Of a stretch of DNA of 64,000 nucleotides, positions 49,557 to 62,799 are shown in pieces. Position numbers and translations under genes: made by a program. Numbering within the stretch: position 1 is the first letter of the stretch; each line of letters opens with the position of its first letter. The notes beneath the pieces were generated by a model. It did no database searches, had not been told where the DNA came from, and saw only the letters and a program-made list of their open reading frames with translations. The DNA is from Octopus vulgaris (lineage: Eukaryota), in assembly GCA_951406725.2 (NCBI GenBank), contig OX597820.1, forward strand, positions 4,216,001-4,280,000, given 5' to 3'.

Positions 49557-52175
49557 TGGTTATTTTCTGTTAAACAATTCTTTTTCAAAAGAGGTTCATC
49601 CATTCTAATCATACTATTTAAAAAAAAAAGGAAAAAAAAGCGTTTTGTGAACAGTTTAAAGAATGATCTGTTGAATAATTTGGGTACTTTTAAGATATTT
49701 CGAAACAACACTGGCAGGAAACAGAATATAATAACCCCAGAGAACTTCAGATTGTAGCTTTAGCCAAATTTTGCAGGAATATGGGGTCAGAGAAGCCCTT
49801 GAATATGGTTTATATAAAATAGTTCATACATATAGTCTGTATAAAATGGTCTATATAATATAGTGTATATAATACAAGCTTTATGGAATGGAGTCAATAT
49901 ATAAAATGATTGATGAATATATTGACTTATTTCAGTAAATCACTTCAAAACATTTTCCAAAGTTTTCTCACTTCAAATATTTTAGCAATGATCCTTTAGG
50001 AGGTTGCCTGACCTGCTAGAAATCAGCCCCATCTCCTTCAAATCACCCCCTTACCTTCATATAAAGAGAAAGAACACAGTGGCTGATTTCGTCTTAGATA
50101 CAATGAGTCTCCAATAGAGATGCAATGGTCATGGCTGAACCATTTTTAATTACAAGCCTATTGGATCAGGGCTAATCTAGGCCTAAACAATAACAAAATA
50201 AAGGATTAAATAGAATTAGTGTTTAAAGAAATTAAAAAAAAAAGAAGTCCCAATGAAGTTTTGTTGGGGGGAAAGGCTGATGAATGAGTGTAAACCAAAT
50301 TAAATAACTACAGATTAATATGGATTAAGGGGAAGTCAATACTTTAATGTTCAAATAAGGGGGTACAACTCCATATAGGTTTTGGTCTCATTTCTATCTC
50401 CTTAGCAAAGCACAGCTTTCATTGTACATGCTGTAGTAGTGATGAATGAATCCCTATGTACATAGACAAACCAGATAATAACTTTGTTTGTAAAAGGTGT
50501 GAAAGCTATTCAATCTTTCTATTGAATACTATCTTTTCCTTTTAGCAAAAGTCACAAAACTTGAGGCAATAATTTAAAGAGCAATAATTTAAATATATTG
50601 ACTGTGAAATTGTTTTATTAAAGAGTTAAGATTCAACAACTCAGTAGAGTTTATTAACGAATTTCAGTTGTCACAGCTGACAAAAGAGTAATTGATTTAA
50701 ACTCAAAGCTAAGTAGGTCACCAGCTGGAACTAAGTTAAACTGCACTAAACCCATTTCTAATCTATTCTTCTTTGGTCGTTAGAAGCCAGGTTATATACT
50801 TTACAGCAGCTTCTCACTTTAAATAGTTTTTTTTTTTGTGTTAAGGTTTAAAAACAGCAGACAAGACAAATGCAGGTCACCTTAAAAATATTTCATTGTT
50901 TCACTGGGCATGGAAGATGCCAGTTGGAGACGACTGTGATTCGGTTGAAATTAAAATTGCTCGGCACAAGCCACGAGAAGGGAAGAGTAGCTTTGTGTGA
51001 GGAGAGAAGATTTTTACATTAAGTATTACAACAACAACCACACGAGCAAAAAAGATTAGGTCATCTTTTATTCTAAAATCAATATTTATCAGCAGGTCAA
51101 CAAATTGTACTTTATTCCCAATGAAATAATCACATTTCGTATTTGAAGTTAACAGCTGATCCTCTTTGCTGGTTTTATTTTTGCAGTTAGCTGCGGGCCT
51201 GCCGTAAGCTTTATGCACCTTATGCACAGGCTCTGCCGGTAACTGAACATTTTACAACTACTGAAACCCCCTCAATATAATAATCCTCATAATCAGTTGC
51301 AGGATGACCCTTTGAATTACAGCTGCAGTCCATTCATTAGGCTTCCTTACAGTTTCCATCTTCACATTTTCGATTAAATGCCTCGAGTTGATCCAGGGCT
51401 GTGGCAGAAAATACTTGCCCAATGTGCTACAGAGTAGGATTGAAACAGGGACCACTTAACTGTGAACCTCTTGTCCATATGTCCATATTAGAATTGACAT
51501 TTATGCAGTTTACTATAAGGATTTCTTGACCACCAGGTGGACAGCGGAGGTAGGTGCCAAGACACGGGGATTGAGAGGGGTCTTATCTTGTAGACCTCAC
51601 TGGTGCTGATGTCATGAAAAGCACCCAGTACACTTTGGATCCAGCTGTAGAAACCATGCCAAAGCAGACATAGAACTTGGCACTGCCTTTTGGCTTGTCT
51701 GTTTTTGTCAAACCATCCAACTCATGCCAGCATGGAAAATGGGAACATTAAATGATGACGAAGATCAGAAGATTCAATGTATTGCCATTGCTATTTTTTG
51801 CTGTTATTTTAATGGCAAAGTGAGGGGAGGAATGGCAGCACTCAAGACCCTTTTTAGGAATCTTCATGGCTGATGAGAACAAGTGAATTTCAAACAAGAA
51901 ACCAAATTTATTAACAACGGAGCTGATTTGACTAAGCACATGCAAAGGCCAGTTGATGGTGTTAAGTCAAGAATTGGAATCAGCCTTTCCAAAATTTCAC
52001 TCACAAGGATTTTATTAACCTCAAACTGTGGTAGAAGACACTTGCTGAATGTACTGTGTAGTGGGATTGAAACTAGAACTTCTCAAACACACAACCAGTA
52101 GAAGACAAGGCTCCAGCTGGCCTCAATACTGCTGGTAAAGCAGTTATCAAAGTTGCAAAAACATACACCTGCTGT

Positions 52176-52536
52176 ACTAAATTTAAGAGATGAGGAATTA
52201 TGTACATTATTTACACGGGCATATGGCGTAGTGGTTAAGAGCGCAGTCTACCAACCCCAAGATTTCAAGTTCAATTTCAGGTAGTGACCTGAACAACAAC
52301 AACAACAAGAAGAAGAAGAAGAAGAAGAAGAAGAAGAAGAAGAAGAAGAAGAAGAAGAAGAAGAACAACAACAACAACAAGAAGAAGAAGAAGAAGAAGA
52401 AGAAATACCTTAGGAATGAGAACCCAAGTTCGAAATTTCCCCAAGACACCTGATGAAGGCTGGAGGGTATATCAGCCGAAATGTTGTGTTAACAACAAAC
52501 AAGATGAGGACAAAGATCCGTCAAATGTAAATAATG
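52176..52536 (+). mobile_element. tRNA-headed, hammerhead-bearing non-autonomous Penelope-like element, copy C
   Basis: Short inverted end, tRNA head (52217-52290), (AAC/AAG)n, hammerhead (52445-52490). Degenerate TSD aacatacacctgctgt / aacatgctcctgctgt. Confidence 0.78.
52445..52490 (+). ncRNA. Minimal type I hammerhead ribozyme (best-preserved copy of its family)
   Basis: gacac-CTGATGA-a-ggctg(gagggtatat)cagcc-GAAA-t-gTT-gtgtt. Stem I is gacac/gtgtt and stem II is ggctg/cagcc. Stem III has no loop (AC|GT in sister copies). Confidence 0.75.
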
Positions 52537-52731
52537 AACATGCTCCTGCTGTTTGATGGTCCCTTTGTTTGTGAAACTTGGGTAATTGCATTAACAAGAG
52601 GGAAGTACAGCATGAGGGATGCTGACATGGTGAAGTTTTAAAGTAGAAACCAAAGATTTGAGAGGGACTATGTAGAACATACGAGGTGGATTAGATAGTT
52701 AACTAATTGCTATCCTGCTACAATAATTTAA

Positions 52732-52957
52732 CCCATTAAGTCCCACTGTCCTATAAATAGGACACTAAATGAGAACCTTAAATAAGCTATACGACATTGT
52801 CCCAGTGTCCTATTTATAGGACACCGAGTATTTCCATTTCTACTTGAAGTAAAGGAGTTTTAATAATTATTTTTTTTCATTTTAACCTATTTTCAATCAT
52901 CTGTAAAAAATTTTAAAAGTAATATTCATAAATTTAAGCACTCTGGGACTTAATGGG
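52732..52957. mobile_element. piggyBac-type MITE (226 bp)
   Basis: TTAA|cccattaagtccca ... tgggacttaatggg|TTAA: perfect 14-bp TIRs and TTAA TSD. Two internal palindromes gtcctat(a/t)(a/t)ataggac. Confidence 0.88.
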
Positions 52958-53719
52958 TTAACTTATGTAGACTATCAAAACCAAAGAGATCTGCAAGAAT
53001 TTGTGGAAAAAATCAGGATGGTTTTTAGAAGCCAATGTGGATGGAAGATGGACAAGTAATAAGATTGGCAGTGATTATTGCATTTTAGGGTACACGATTC
53101 ATTAGAAACACTGATAGATTCTGATTTATTTCAATGTCATTTGAATGGATTGCTTAAATGGATTTTAATCACTGACTAATGACTAATTACCATTCCTCCA
53201 CTTTCACTCCAATCACTGACAGATTAAAAGAATCATTCTCTTTTTTTTTCTTTTTTGCAGCTCACTTTTATAACAGAAGCACGTATTAGTTAAATTGTCA
53301 CATCATATACGTATGCACTTATATAAGCACACACGTTTTAATGTACACATACACTTGCACGTATACACAAACATTCACAAAAAATACTTTACAAAACACA
53401 CACACACACATTTTCTTCTACATTCCAGCTAACAAAATATTCCATTATAACACTTCAAGCAGAAGAGCACTTATTTCATCAGCTCCTTTGCTACGAGTCA
53501 TTTCATAAACACTGAACCACAGTTTAGAGATCCCTTAATTGCTTGCTCAGAATTACCATTTAGCCAAATCTAGCAGCTATTTTACCATCTATGACATTCT
53601 TTCAGCTGGTCAGTAGAAAATATATTCCATTTGCTGTGTCTGTTCCAAGCTACATTCTATAGTTTATTTCTAAATTATTATGAACAAAATCCATTTTCAA
53701 ATATATCATGGCCACATGA

Positions 53720-54398
53720 TGCCGTGCGTGAGAAGACCCAGCAAGCCAAATGAGACCATAATCTCGTGGCCTATGCCAGGGGTGTAACCAGCCCACTTAT
53801 GTCTACCTTTTCCTTCTTTGGACACTAAAACTCTGCTTGCGAAGACCTGTTGAGGCAAGTGAAATCAAAATCAAATTCGATGACTGGCATCAAAGAGCAC
53901 CATACGAGTGTGATCGTTGACAGAGCGGCTATCTGGCCTCCGTTCCGGTGGCATGTAAATGACACCATCTGAGTGTGATCGTTACCAGCATCGGCTTACT
54001 GGCACTCAAGCCCCATGCTAGTAGGGAACTAAGAGCACCATCGGAGCGTGATCGTTGACAGAGCAGCTATCTGGCCTCCATGCCGGTGGCACATAAAAGA
54101 CACCATTCGAGCGTGATCGTTACCAGCATCACCTTACTGGCACCTGTGCTGGTGGCATGTGTAAAAGATTCGAGCATCATCGTTGCCAGTACCGCCTGAC
54201 TGGCCCCGTGCTGGTGGCACATAAAAAGCACCCACTACACTCTCAGAGTGGTTAATGTTAGGAAGGGCATCCAGCTGTAGAAACACTGCCAGATCAGATT
54301 GGAGCCAGGTGCAACCATCTGGTTCGCCAGCCCTCAGCCAAACCGTCCAACCCATGCTAGCATGGAAGGCGGATGTTAAACGATGATGATGATGATGA
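53720..54398 (+). mobile_element. RTE LINE 3' end with internally duplicated 3'UTR subrepeats
   Basis: Starts at the ORF end gccgtgcgtgagaagaccc and ends in (gat)n. Confidence 0.85.
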
Positions 54399-55118
54399 CA
54401 TATCATGTTGAATAGAGCAAACCAGGTTGAAGTTTTTCCTAAGACCAGGATACAATATGTTTCCATCCTGGGCCAATCTTATGGGGGTTGCAAGAGTGAC
54501 ACTTAAGGGGGTGACTATGCACCATTGGAGAATAATCTAGTAAAATGTAAATCCTTCCTTGTAGAATATTTCTGATGACATCATCAAATCTTGAACCCGT
54601 TCTGCTAGAACACAAGAGCCATGTATCACCTTAGATGCAAAAAGAAACTGATACCACAAATGCATCTGGTAGTTTTTCACATGTAAAGGTGTAAAAAAAA
54701 ACAAAAAAAGCCAAGACCAGGACTTTTGAATGGTGCCATACCAAAAGTGTAGATAGGAATGAAATAACAGTGGACCACAAAAGTAGAACAATTGTGTTGC
54801 AGACATTTAAGATTTAGAAATATAGATATAATATATAAATAATGATAGACAGACCTATAGATCGACTGATACCTATGGATATGATAAGGTATAAAGAATA
54901 AGTGATAGACAGATAGATAGAAATAAATGATAAAGTCAAAAACATCAACTACATATAGTAAAAATTGTTTGCCAACATGACATGGCAGTCCTGGGTTAGG
55001 ACGAATGTTGCTGTTTTAGCCTCAGGAGACATCATCTCCAGCTGGCTATACGACACAATCTGTGTCCTTATATTTTCAAACAAGGGAATCTATCACCCCC
55101 ACTCAGCTCAAAACGATA

Positions 55119-55163
55119 TCTGTGTATCGCAATTTCTGGGTTATTTCCCTTCATCAGCACAGA
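55119..55163 (-). ncRNA. Minimal type I hammerhead ribozyme in a second PLE-derived repeat (54960-55170)
   Basis: tctgtg-CTGATGA-aggg(aaataa)ccca-GAAA-ttgcga-TA-cacaga, with a 6-bp stem I and near-palindromic stem III. Confidence 0.68.
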
Positions 55164-58100
55164 ATAATAGTTCAACTAGAGATGGCACTGCCAAATTCCC
55201 GTTTGAAATATACAGTTTTCAAAGTGACAACTAATCACTGATCTATAAATTATATCTTATGGAAAGGTAAAATCTGTAGAGATTCTACCTTCTAAACTTC
55301 AAAACATGACTTCAAGACATTAATTTAAAAACCTCTGTCACTGTTTTGCCATCATTAACCACAAGTTTGCTTGTAATCAACAAGATGTATATTAGACTTT
55401 AAAAAAAAACATCTTAGGAAAATGAGTCCCTTCAGAAGCAGATCTTAAATCATTTGGATCTAAATTTGAACTGAAAAAGATTTCAGTAAGAATACACTCA
55501 GGCTAAACACAATCAAGAAAGAATACAACACCAGAAGCAGAGTCTTCTCCTTCACAAACGACACCTGATTCCTCTTTTATCCTCTTTTTTTCTCCATTTG
55601 TCATTCATGCACACTAAACTAATGTATCCCAGTGGAGCGTACTCACTTCATTCCCGTTTAGTCTTTGCAAATTTCTCTTCTTTCAAAACCTACATGATGC
55701 TACCATGTAGCATCACAGCTCATTGCATAATAAGCATCATACAATCTGCCCTTCATTTAGAGAGAGACCTTTTGTTACCAGCAGAGTAACAAAGTAAAGT
55801 AAGAAAGTACTGGCAGTCGTAAGGGACCTACAGAGTTGGTCTGTGTTCTTACTCAGGCATCTAGGCTTTCAGAACATCCACCTCCACTGCGAATCAGATC
55901 ATCAAGGCAACAAATCTGAATGTTTGAAAGAATACATTTCATGTGTGCTGTCCCTGCTGACTGCTCCAGTGCATCTGCCATATATAAAGTCTACAGTCTC
56001 TGTTTGCCAGTCACTACTCATCTTGCACATCCAAACTTTAGATTGAGTACATCATGTGCAATGTCAGCCTACTTCTTTATTACATATCAAGCACAGTTAT
56101 TTCCCTTAAAGCACTTAACAAAGCTTTACTCTTTGTTAAGTTTACTTTGAAGTCCCTAAATTCCAGGTTTGGCTTCCACATCTAAATATGTTCTCTAAAA
56201 CAGAAGGTTCAAAGAACAGCCAGTCTTAAACTCCTGTCATCACTTGGAAGATTATAATAAACAGGAACGAAGTGAGAACTGAACCCTGATGGACTCCTAC
56301 CAACACACTAAATTCCTTGTTGAACTTATTGTTGATTGCTCCTATGTGCATGGTTTGCACTGTCCCCACAATTCTTCAAAATTATCCATCTTTCAAAATG
56401 AACATTTTCAATATTTTCTTGAAGATGATGCCTGTGCTTCTGTTAAATTTCACACAGAATCTAATGGGATTTCTTTACAAAAAATCAAATTGTTATGTGA
56501 CCCACAATTTCTGTGCAGATAATCTAAAGACCTATACAGGTAATATGTATACAATGCATCCCAAGGCTTGTTTTCTTAACTGTCCAATGAAAATACTAAA
56601 AACTTAATTGCTCATGTTTGTATTTACACAACAAGAACATATTTCACCAGAGAAACTAGGATACAACATGGTCATATAATAATCAAACTGCTTTGACACA
56701 AAACAAAACCCAACAATGAAATGCTCTAACAAAACTCTCCTCCAGCAATGGATGGGCACAAAAGTATACATTAAATCTGCAATTGATGGGACTTGAAGAT
56801 CTGTAAGAGACAAGGTCTGATGGTCTGTGGTGATGCATTCTGGTTTCAACCGAATCAAGATTTAAAAAATAGTGCTTTAGTCATCGTGAATGCTGATTAG
56901 ACAGTGTTTCTGTGAATGTCTCACTAATTGGAATGGTCTGTAACATGGACATTACCACCATGCAGTTCCCTCAGCCACAAATGACAGAGTTACAAAGAAC
57001 CATAATATTCAATCAATACTATTAGGTAATCAACAAAAAAGCACTTTTTACATACAAAATCTAGACTTTTACCAGAAGGCCACACCCCTGTTGGTTTATT
57101 CTATCAAAGATGATATTTCAGCCATTAGATATAACCAGTGTTGCAGGGTAGAAGACAACAAAAGAATACTAATAATAGATTTGGTACACCAAAAATTCCA
57201 AAAACATGAAATATGTAGAAAAACAATCACATTTTAAAGATTGTGGCAACACATTCAGTGTAAAAAAACTTGTTTACTGGAGAATATCTTTCGGAGATTA
57301 GCAAGATTTAAAATTTCTTAAAATAATCAAAACAAAAATACACTTTCTTGTGATCCTTTTTGTCTAAATTCATTAAACAACAGCTTAAGTATCACACTTT
57401 TCATAAATATTTTTATGGATTATAAATAAATTGTATAATTTATTGAGTATTTGTACAATAGATTTTTAAAAAGCAGTCGACAAAAATTTCATCCGCAAAT
57501 GGAGAGAAAGTTTGTTTTACAAATTTCCTTTCCATTTTGATGCATAAATTTACATATCTTCACTTATTTTTCATTTCATCTCTCATTTTCCCACATGTCC
57601 TGAAGAAGAGGTTATAGCCCCAAAATTTAGAAATATAAAAATTTGTTTTCTTTTCTTTTTGGAGTTTATATCTTCATAATGTATCATCATCATTTAACGT
57701 CCGCTTTCCATGCTAGCATGGGTTGGACGGTTCAACTGGGGTCTGTGAAACCAGAAGGCTGCTTCAGGCCCAGTCTGATCTGGCAGTGTTTCTACAGCTG
57801 GATGCCCTTCCTAACGCCAACCACTCCGAGAGTGTAGTGGGTGCTTTTTACGTGCCACCCGCACAGGTGCCAGACGGAGCATTATATAAAAGATTTTTAT
57901 GGTAAATATTGAAAAAATTAGGGTTTGGTGTAGTAACAATATAATCTTTGTATACATTATTTAGTTCAAGACCTCACTGAACACAATGTCTTTCATAATA
58001 TAATGGCTTTTCCCCATCATTTCTTTTATTTTTTAGTCTGAATACAATTCCAGAAAAAAAAAAACCGATTGTCCATGGTGGAACAGTGGCCGTGGTACAT

Positions 58101-58684
58101 ATATTCTTACTCCATTGAAAGCCAGACCCTGTGCTTGGTTTATAGTCAGAGTATATAACAAGCTTGTTTGCTGTGCTGGGGGAAGCATTTATAGAATTAA
58201 TTTGCTTCTGGCTGATCTGGAAACGGTAAATGAAGAGACACCCATAGAAATTTGCAATGCAGAGTTCCATGCATGCAGTTTGTCAAATGTGACTCTCAGA
58301 GTCTCAGCAGAGAGGAATGTTACCTTTTCAGTTAAGTAAATTAACCTCCCAGTGCTACAGCATGGATCGTGTAGTTTACACCATTTCATAGGTTTGATAC
58401 AGTTCAATGCACAGGGATAAATAAATAAATAAATAAATAAAATGTGACGGATGATGCATGAGAAGTTATTTAACCCAGAATAGACAACAAAAGAAATAAT
58501 ATATCTATATATTTACTTAATCACTCATTGAGCAAAATGGTGCAGTGGAAGAATGCTGGGCCCTTAACCCAGAGGTCGAGAGAGTGAAACTGCACTTCAT
58601 GAAGAAATGGATACCGTTTTTGATATTTATACATCACAACTGAGCTGTCTACAAATATACCACCCTTTACAGTCATACATACAT

Positions 58685-58768
<84 letters not shown>

Positions 58769-59113
58769 ATCCAAACAAAGAAGAACAAACAAGAAAAAAC
58801 AATAGCGCAAGGATGTGGTACAAGTATTGTATTATCAGACGCTAAAGAGGATTTAATGTTTCGAGCCTTGCTCTTCTTCAGAAATAGAAGAAAGTCAAAA
58901 GGAAGCAAAGACGGAGGAAGAAATCACCAACAATACACATGCGGTTGCATTATATATATATAAATGGATGAATGAATTATCCTTTGTTTACCGTTTACAT
59001 GGAAAATTCAATAAACAGTTACCACGGTAGCAAAATTCACTCAAGTAACACGGATGAAGCAACCTATTCAAAGGTAGAAACTCCAGGTTAATGTGTAGTA
59101 ATTTGTGTAGTAT

Positions 59114-59189
59114 AAGTAAATAAATGGAGTGGAACGCAGACGTTATTAAAATTCTTTTAATAACATCTGCGTTCAACTCCATTTATTTA

Positions 59190-59192
<3 letters not shown>
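59114..59192. repeat. Near-perfect hairpin (38-bp arms, 3-nt loop)
   Basis: aagtaaataaatggagtggaacgcagacgttattaaaa-ttc-ttttaataacatctgcgttcaactccatttatttactt, with two mismatches. Confidence 0.85.
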
Positions 59193-59222
<30 letters not shown>

Positions 59223-59348
59223 GTAAAAACGGTAAGATAACAAAAGAAAGAAAGAGACCTCAATATTATGTAAATAGAGGAAATTAATGTTTCGAGCCTT
59301 GCTCTTCTTTAGTTAGAGTGAGCAATATAGTGACCACTCTCTTATATT

Positions 59349-59389
<41 letters not shown>

Positions 59390-59522
59390 CGTTAGGAAGG
59401 GTATCCAGCCGTAGAAACACTGCCAAATCTGACTGGGTCTGATGAAGCCTTCCGGCTTCACAGACCCCAGTTAAACCGTCCAACCCATGCTAGCATGGAA
59501 AACGGACGCTAAATGATGATGA

Positions 59523-59556
<34 letters not shown>

Positions 59557-59850
59557 GGGTGAGTATAAATTATATCCAATAGAAATTTCTGCAGGATCAA
59601 GGGGTCACCAACAAATTAGAGAACACTAAAACCCAAATAGCATTGTGGGCAGAGATGACAACAACAAGACTTTTCACTTAGTAGAGAGGATAAATAAAGC
59701 AGATATTGAATTCTTTCCATTCTAAATCTGTATTATTTGTGCCATTTAAATATTTACTACACCGATATTTGTCTCTCTATTAAGGTACCAGGCATCAAAG
59801 TATCAAGGCAGTTTCAATGAAGATTGAAGATTCAAACTGTTCTATGGAGC

Positions 59851-60100
59851 AAAGATTATTTGCCAACATAACATGGCAGTCCTGGTTTAGGACGAATGTT
59901 GCTGTAATTTAGCCCCAGGAGACATCGTCTCCAGCTGGCTATACAACACAATCTGTGTCCTTATATTTTCGAACGAGGGCATCTAGCACCCCCACTCAGT
60001 CCTAAACCAGGACTGCCATGTTATGTTGGCAAACAATCTTTACAACAAAGTACTGTTACTGAATATCTCTCATTGTGAGATTTACAAAAAGTAATTTTCC
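59851..60100. mobile_element. Same PLE-derived repeat, with internal inversion (arms ~59851-59893 and 59999-60041)
   Basis: aaagattatttgccaacataacatggcagtcctggtttaggac followed by its near-perfect reverse complement. Confidence 0.65.
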
Positions 60101-61799
60101 AAACTGTTCTGGTTTTCAAATTTAGAACATATGGTGGCATCCTGGTGTGAGTAAATGAGTTTAAAACCCCAAATAAGGGAGCACTCGTAACTTCCAGTTG
60201 GTTGCCGCTACTTATTGGTTTGTCTATTTTTTTTTTTTTTTAGTTATGCACTGGCATGGCTGTGTGGTTAAGAAGCTTGCTTTCCAGCCACATGGTTTCA
60301 GGTTCAGTCCCACTGCATGGCACCATGGGACATGCCTCCTAAAAGTTTGCTTACATTTGTAATATCTTGATAATTTTCCATACTTTGTAACCCTGTGTCA
60401 TTAAATTTGGGACCCCTTTTTTTTGAGAATCCTGTTAAGTGTTTGCTGCGTCAAAAGGAAGAAAAAGACGGTGTTTTCCTTGGAAATGAAATTATGAAGG
60501 AATGAAATGGTGGAGATTAAGAAGTCTCCCTTAGATTGAGCCACAAATTCTCCACACTGGGAGATCATAGCCTCTGGTATTACAGATATGATTAGATTGA
60601 CAGAGGGAAAAAATCACAAGAGCCAACCAGCAGGAAACCTAGGATTAGAGACCAAGAGTGAGATGGTTGGATAATAATATCCATACTCTTGGTTGGTCAT
60701 GCTTGGGAATCCAGCTGGAAGCTGTAATCATGGTTGTTTCTTTGAGGACCCTATGGAGGAGGTGCCTGAGGGCTCTAGCTCCGCAACCCTTCCAGGGAAT
60801 AATGGGCAGAGCAAATGGATGGATGAAACAGTGGACAGGGTGTTAGCATAATACAATAAAGCATCCAGTGTGACTGGGGGGGGGGGAGAAAAACCCCACC
60901 CCAAATACCCGAAACTAAAGATGCTACTTATCACACACAATAAGTCTCTTATTATTTGCACAATTTGAGGGATTAATTAAAGACATTAGATCCACTCAGC
61001 CTTTGTGCGAAAGAAAAAAAAAAAAGCAAAAAGAAAACTTTTACTATTCACTTATGACATTTCAATTTTTTTCTTTTGTTTTTACATCATCATCATCATC
61101 ATCATTTAGCGCCCGCTTTCCATGCTAGCATGGGTTGGACGGTTCAACTGGGGTCTGGGAAGCCAGAAGGCTGCACCAGGCCCAGTTTGATCTGGCAGTG
61201 TTTCTACAGCTGGATGCCCTTCCTAACGCCAACCACTCCACGAGTGTAGTGGGTGCTTTTTACGTGCCACCGGCACAGGTGCCAGACGAGTCTGGCAAAC
61301 GGCCACGATCGCATGGTGCTTTTTATGTGCCACCGGCACGGGGGCCAGGTGAGGCTGGCAACGGCCTTTTACCAAAGAAAATTTTTTTTGCCCTGGACAA
61401 TTGTCTTCTCCCTTGTTGCATTTCACTTTGAAGTATAACATACAAACTTATGCCCTGACAAGTGAAAGAACACAAGAGATGGATGGATTAAACATGCTAA
61501 TTAGGTATTTATGTATTTAAATCTCAAATATGCAAATTACGCACAGCAGGTTTTGAAATTTTCAAATAGTTTACATTCCTCATTTATGTTTTACCAAGTT
61601 TGAACAGAATTCCATTATTGTTCCTTTGTTACTGTTCTGTTTCAATAAAAGAGACACAACAGTGCAGCCAACCTCTTTCAGCCAATTCCTTGTCTGCTCG
61701 TCTCATTGTATAAAAAAATCTCACCACACCAGGAGAGAAGCTGGAGATTCAAAATAAAGGTCCAGTTTATTGGTAAAAAAAAAACAATCTATAAATAAC

Positions 61800-62799
61800 A
61801 TAACTGAAACAAGTAAAAAAAATCCTATATTGTCTTCATCCTCATCATTGTTTAGCATTCACCTTTCCAAGCTTGCAAGAATCAGACAGAATTTTTTGAG
61901 GCCGATTTCTTACTGCCAGATGCCCTTCCTGTCACCAACCCTTACCTGTTTCCAAACCAGGTAATATTTCCCCATGGCCAGACATGTTTCTTCAGAAGAT
62001 TTGGAATGAAGGACACTGCTTGTATGACAGGGACGCTTATTTACAACCACCATGCACTATCAAGGCAAGGATAAGTACACACACATGTAAGATAGACTTC
62101 TTTCAGATTCCTCCTATGAAATCTGTTCACAAGGTTTTGGTTGGTTTGGAGTTATCACAAATGACTCTTACCCAAGATTCCATATATCAGGATTGAATCT
62201 GACGCCATGTGGCTGGGAAGCAAATCTCTTACCAAGCAGCCACTTGTGGCTTGGAAAAATATTTTTTTTTTTCTGTATTGAAAATATATTCCAATCAGCT
62301 GCCCTAGATTTTGAAAACGACATCCTTACAAATGGAATATTCTTCAGTGCTACACTCAAGCAGACCCCTCTCCTTTACAAATGGAATAACCCTCACTTTT
62401 GTTGCCATTGTAATGTGTCCAGTTTTCAAAAATTACCTAATTTAAAAATTTCAAGGATTTGAAACCTTGTGAACAGATTTCATAGGAGGGATCTGAAAGA
62501 AGTCTATCTTACATGTGTGTGTACATATCCTTGCCTTGATAGTGCATGGTGGTTGTAAATAAGCGTCCCTGTCATACAAGCAGTGTCCTTCATTCCCAAT
62601 CTTCTGAAGAAACATGTCTGGCCATGGGGAAATATTACCTGGCTTGGAAACAGGTAAGGGTTGGTGACAGGAAGGGCGTCTGGCAGTAAGAAATCGGCCT
62701 AAAAAAATTCTGTCTGATTCTTGCAAGCTTGGAAAAGTGAATGCTAAACAATGATGAGGATGAAGACAATATAGGATTTTTTTTACTTGTTTCAGTTAT
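61800..62799. repeat. Inverted duplication: ~338-bp arms 61800-62137 and 62462-62799 with a ~324-bp spacer
   Basis: Arms are reverse complements with few mismatches. The ORF track shows matching peptides on opposite strands (TETSKKNPILSSSSSLFSIH..., DAYLQPPCTIKARI). Confidence 0.92.

Noticed and set aside
57974-58407. Overlapping short ORFs (also 54537-54806, 56604-56858, 50901-51227)
   Set aside because: No recognisable domain or convincing splice-site pair.
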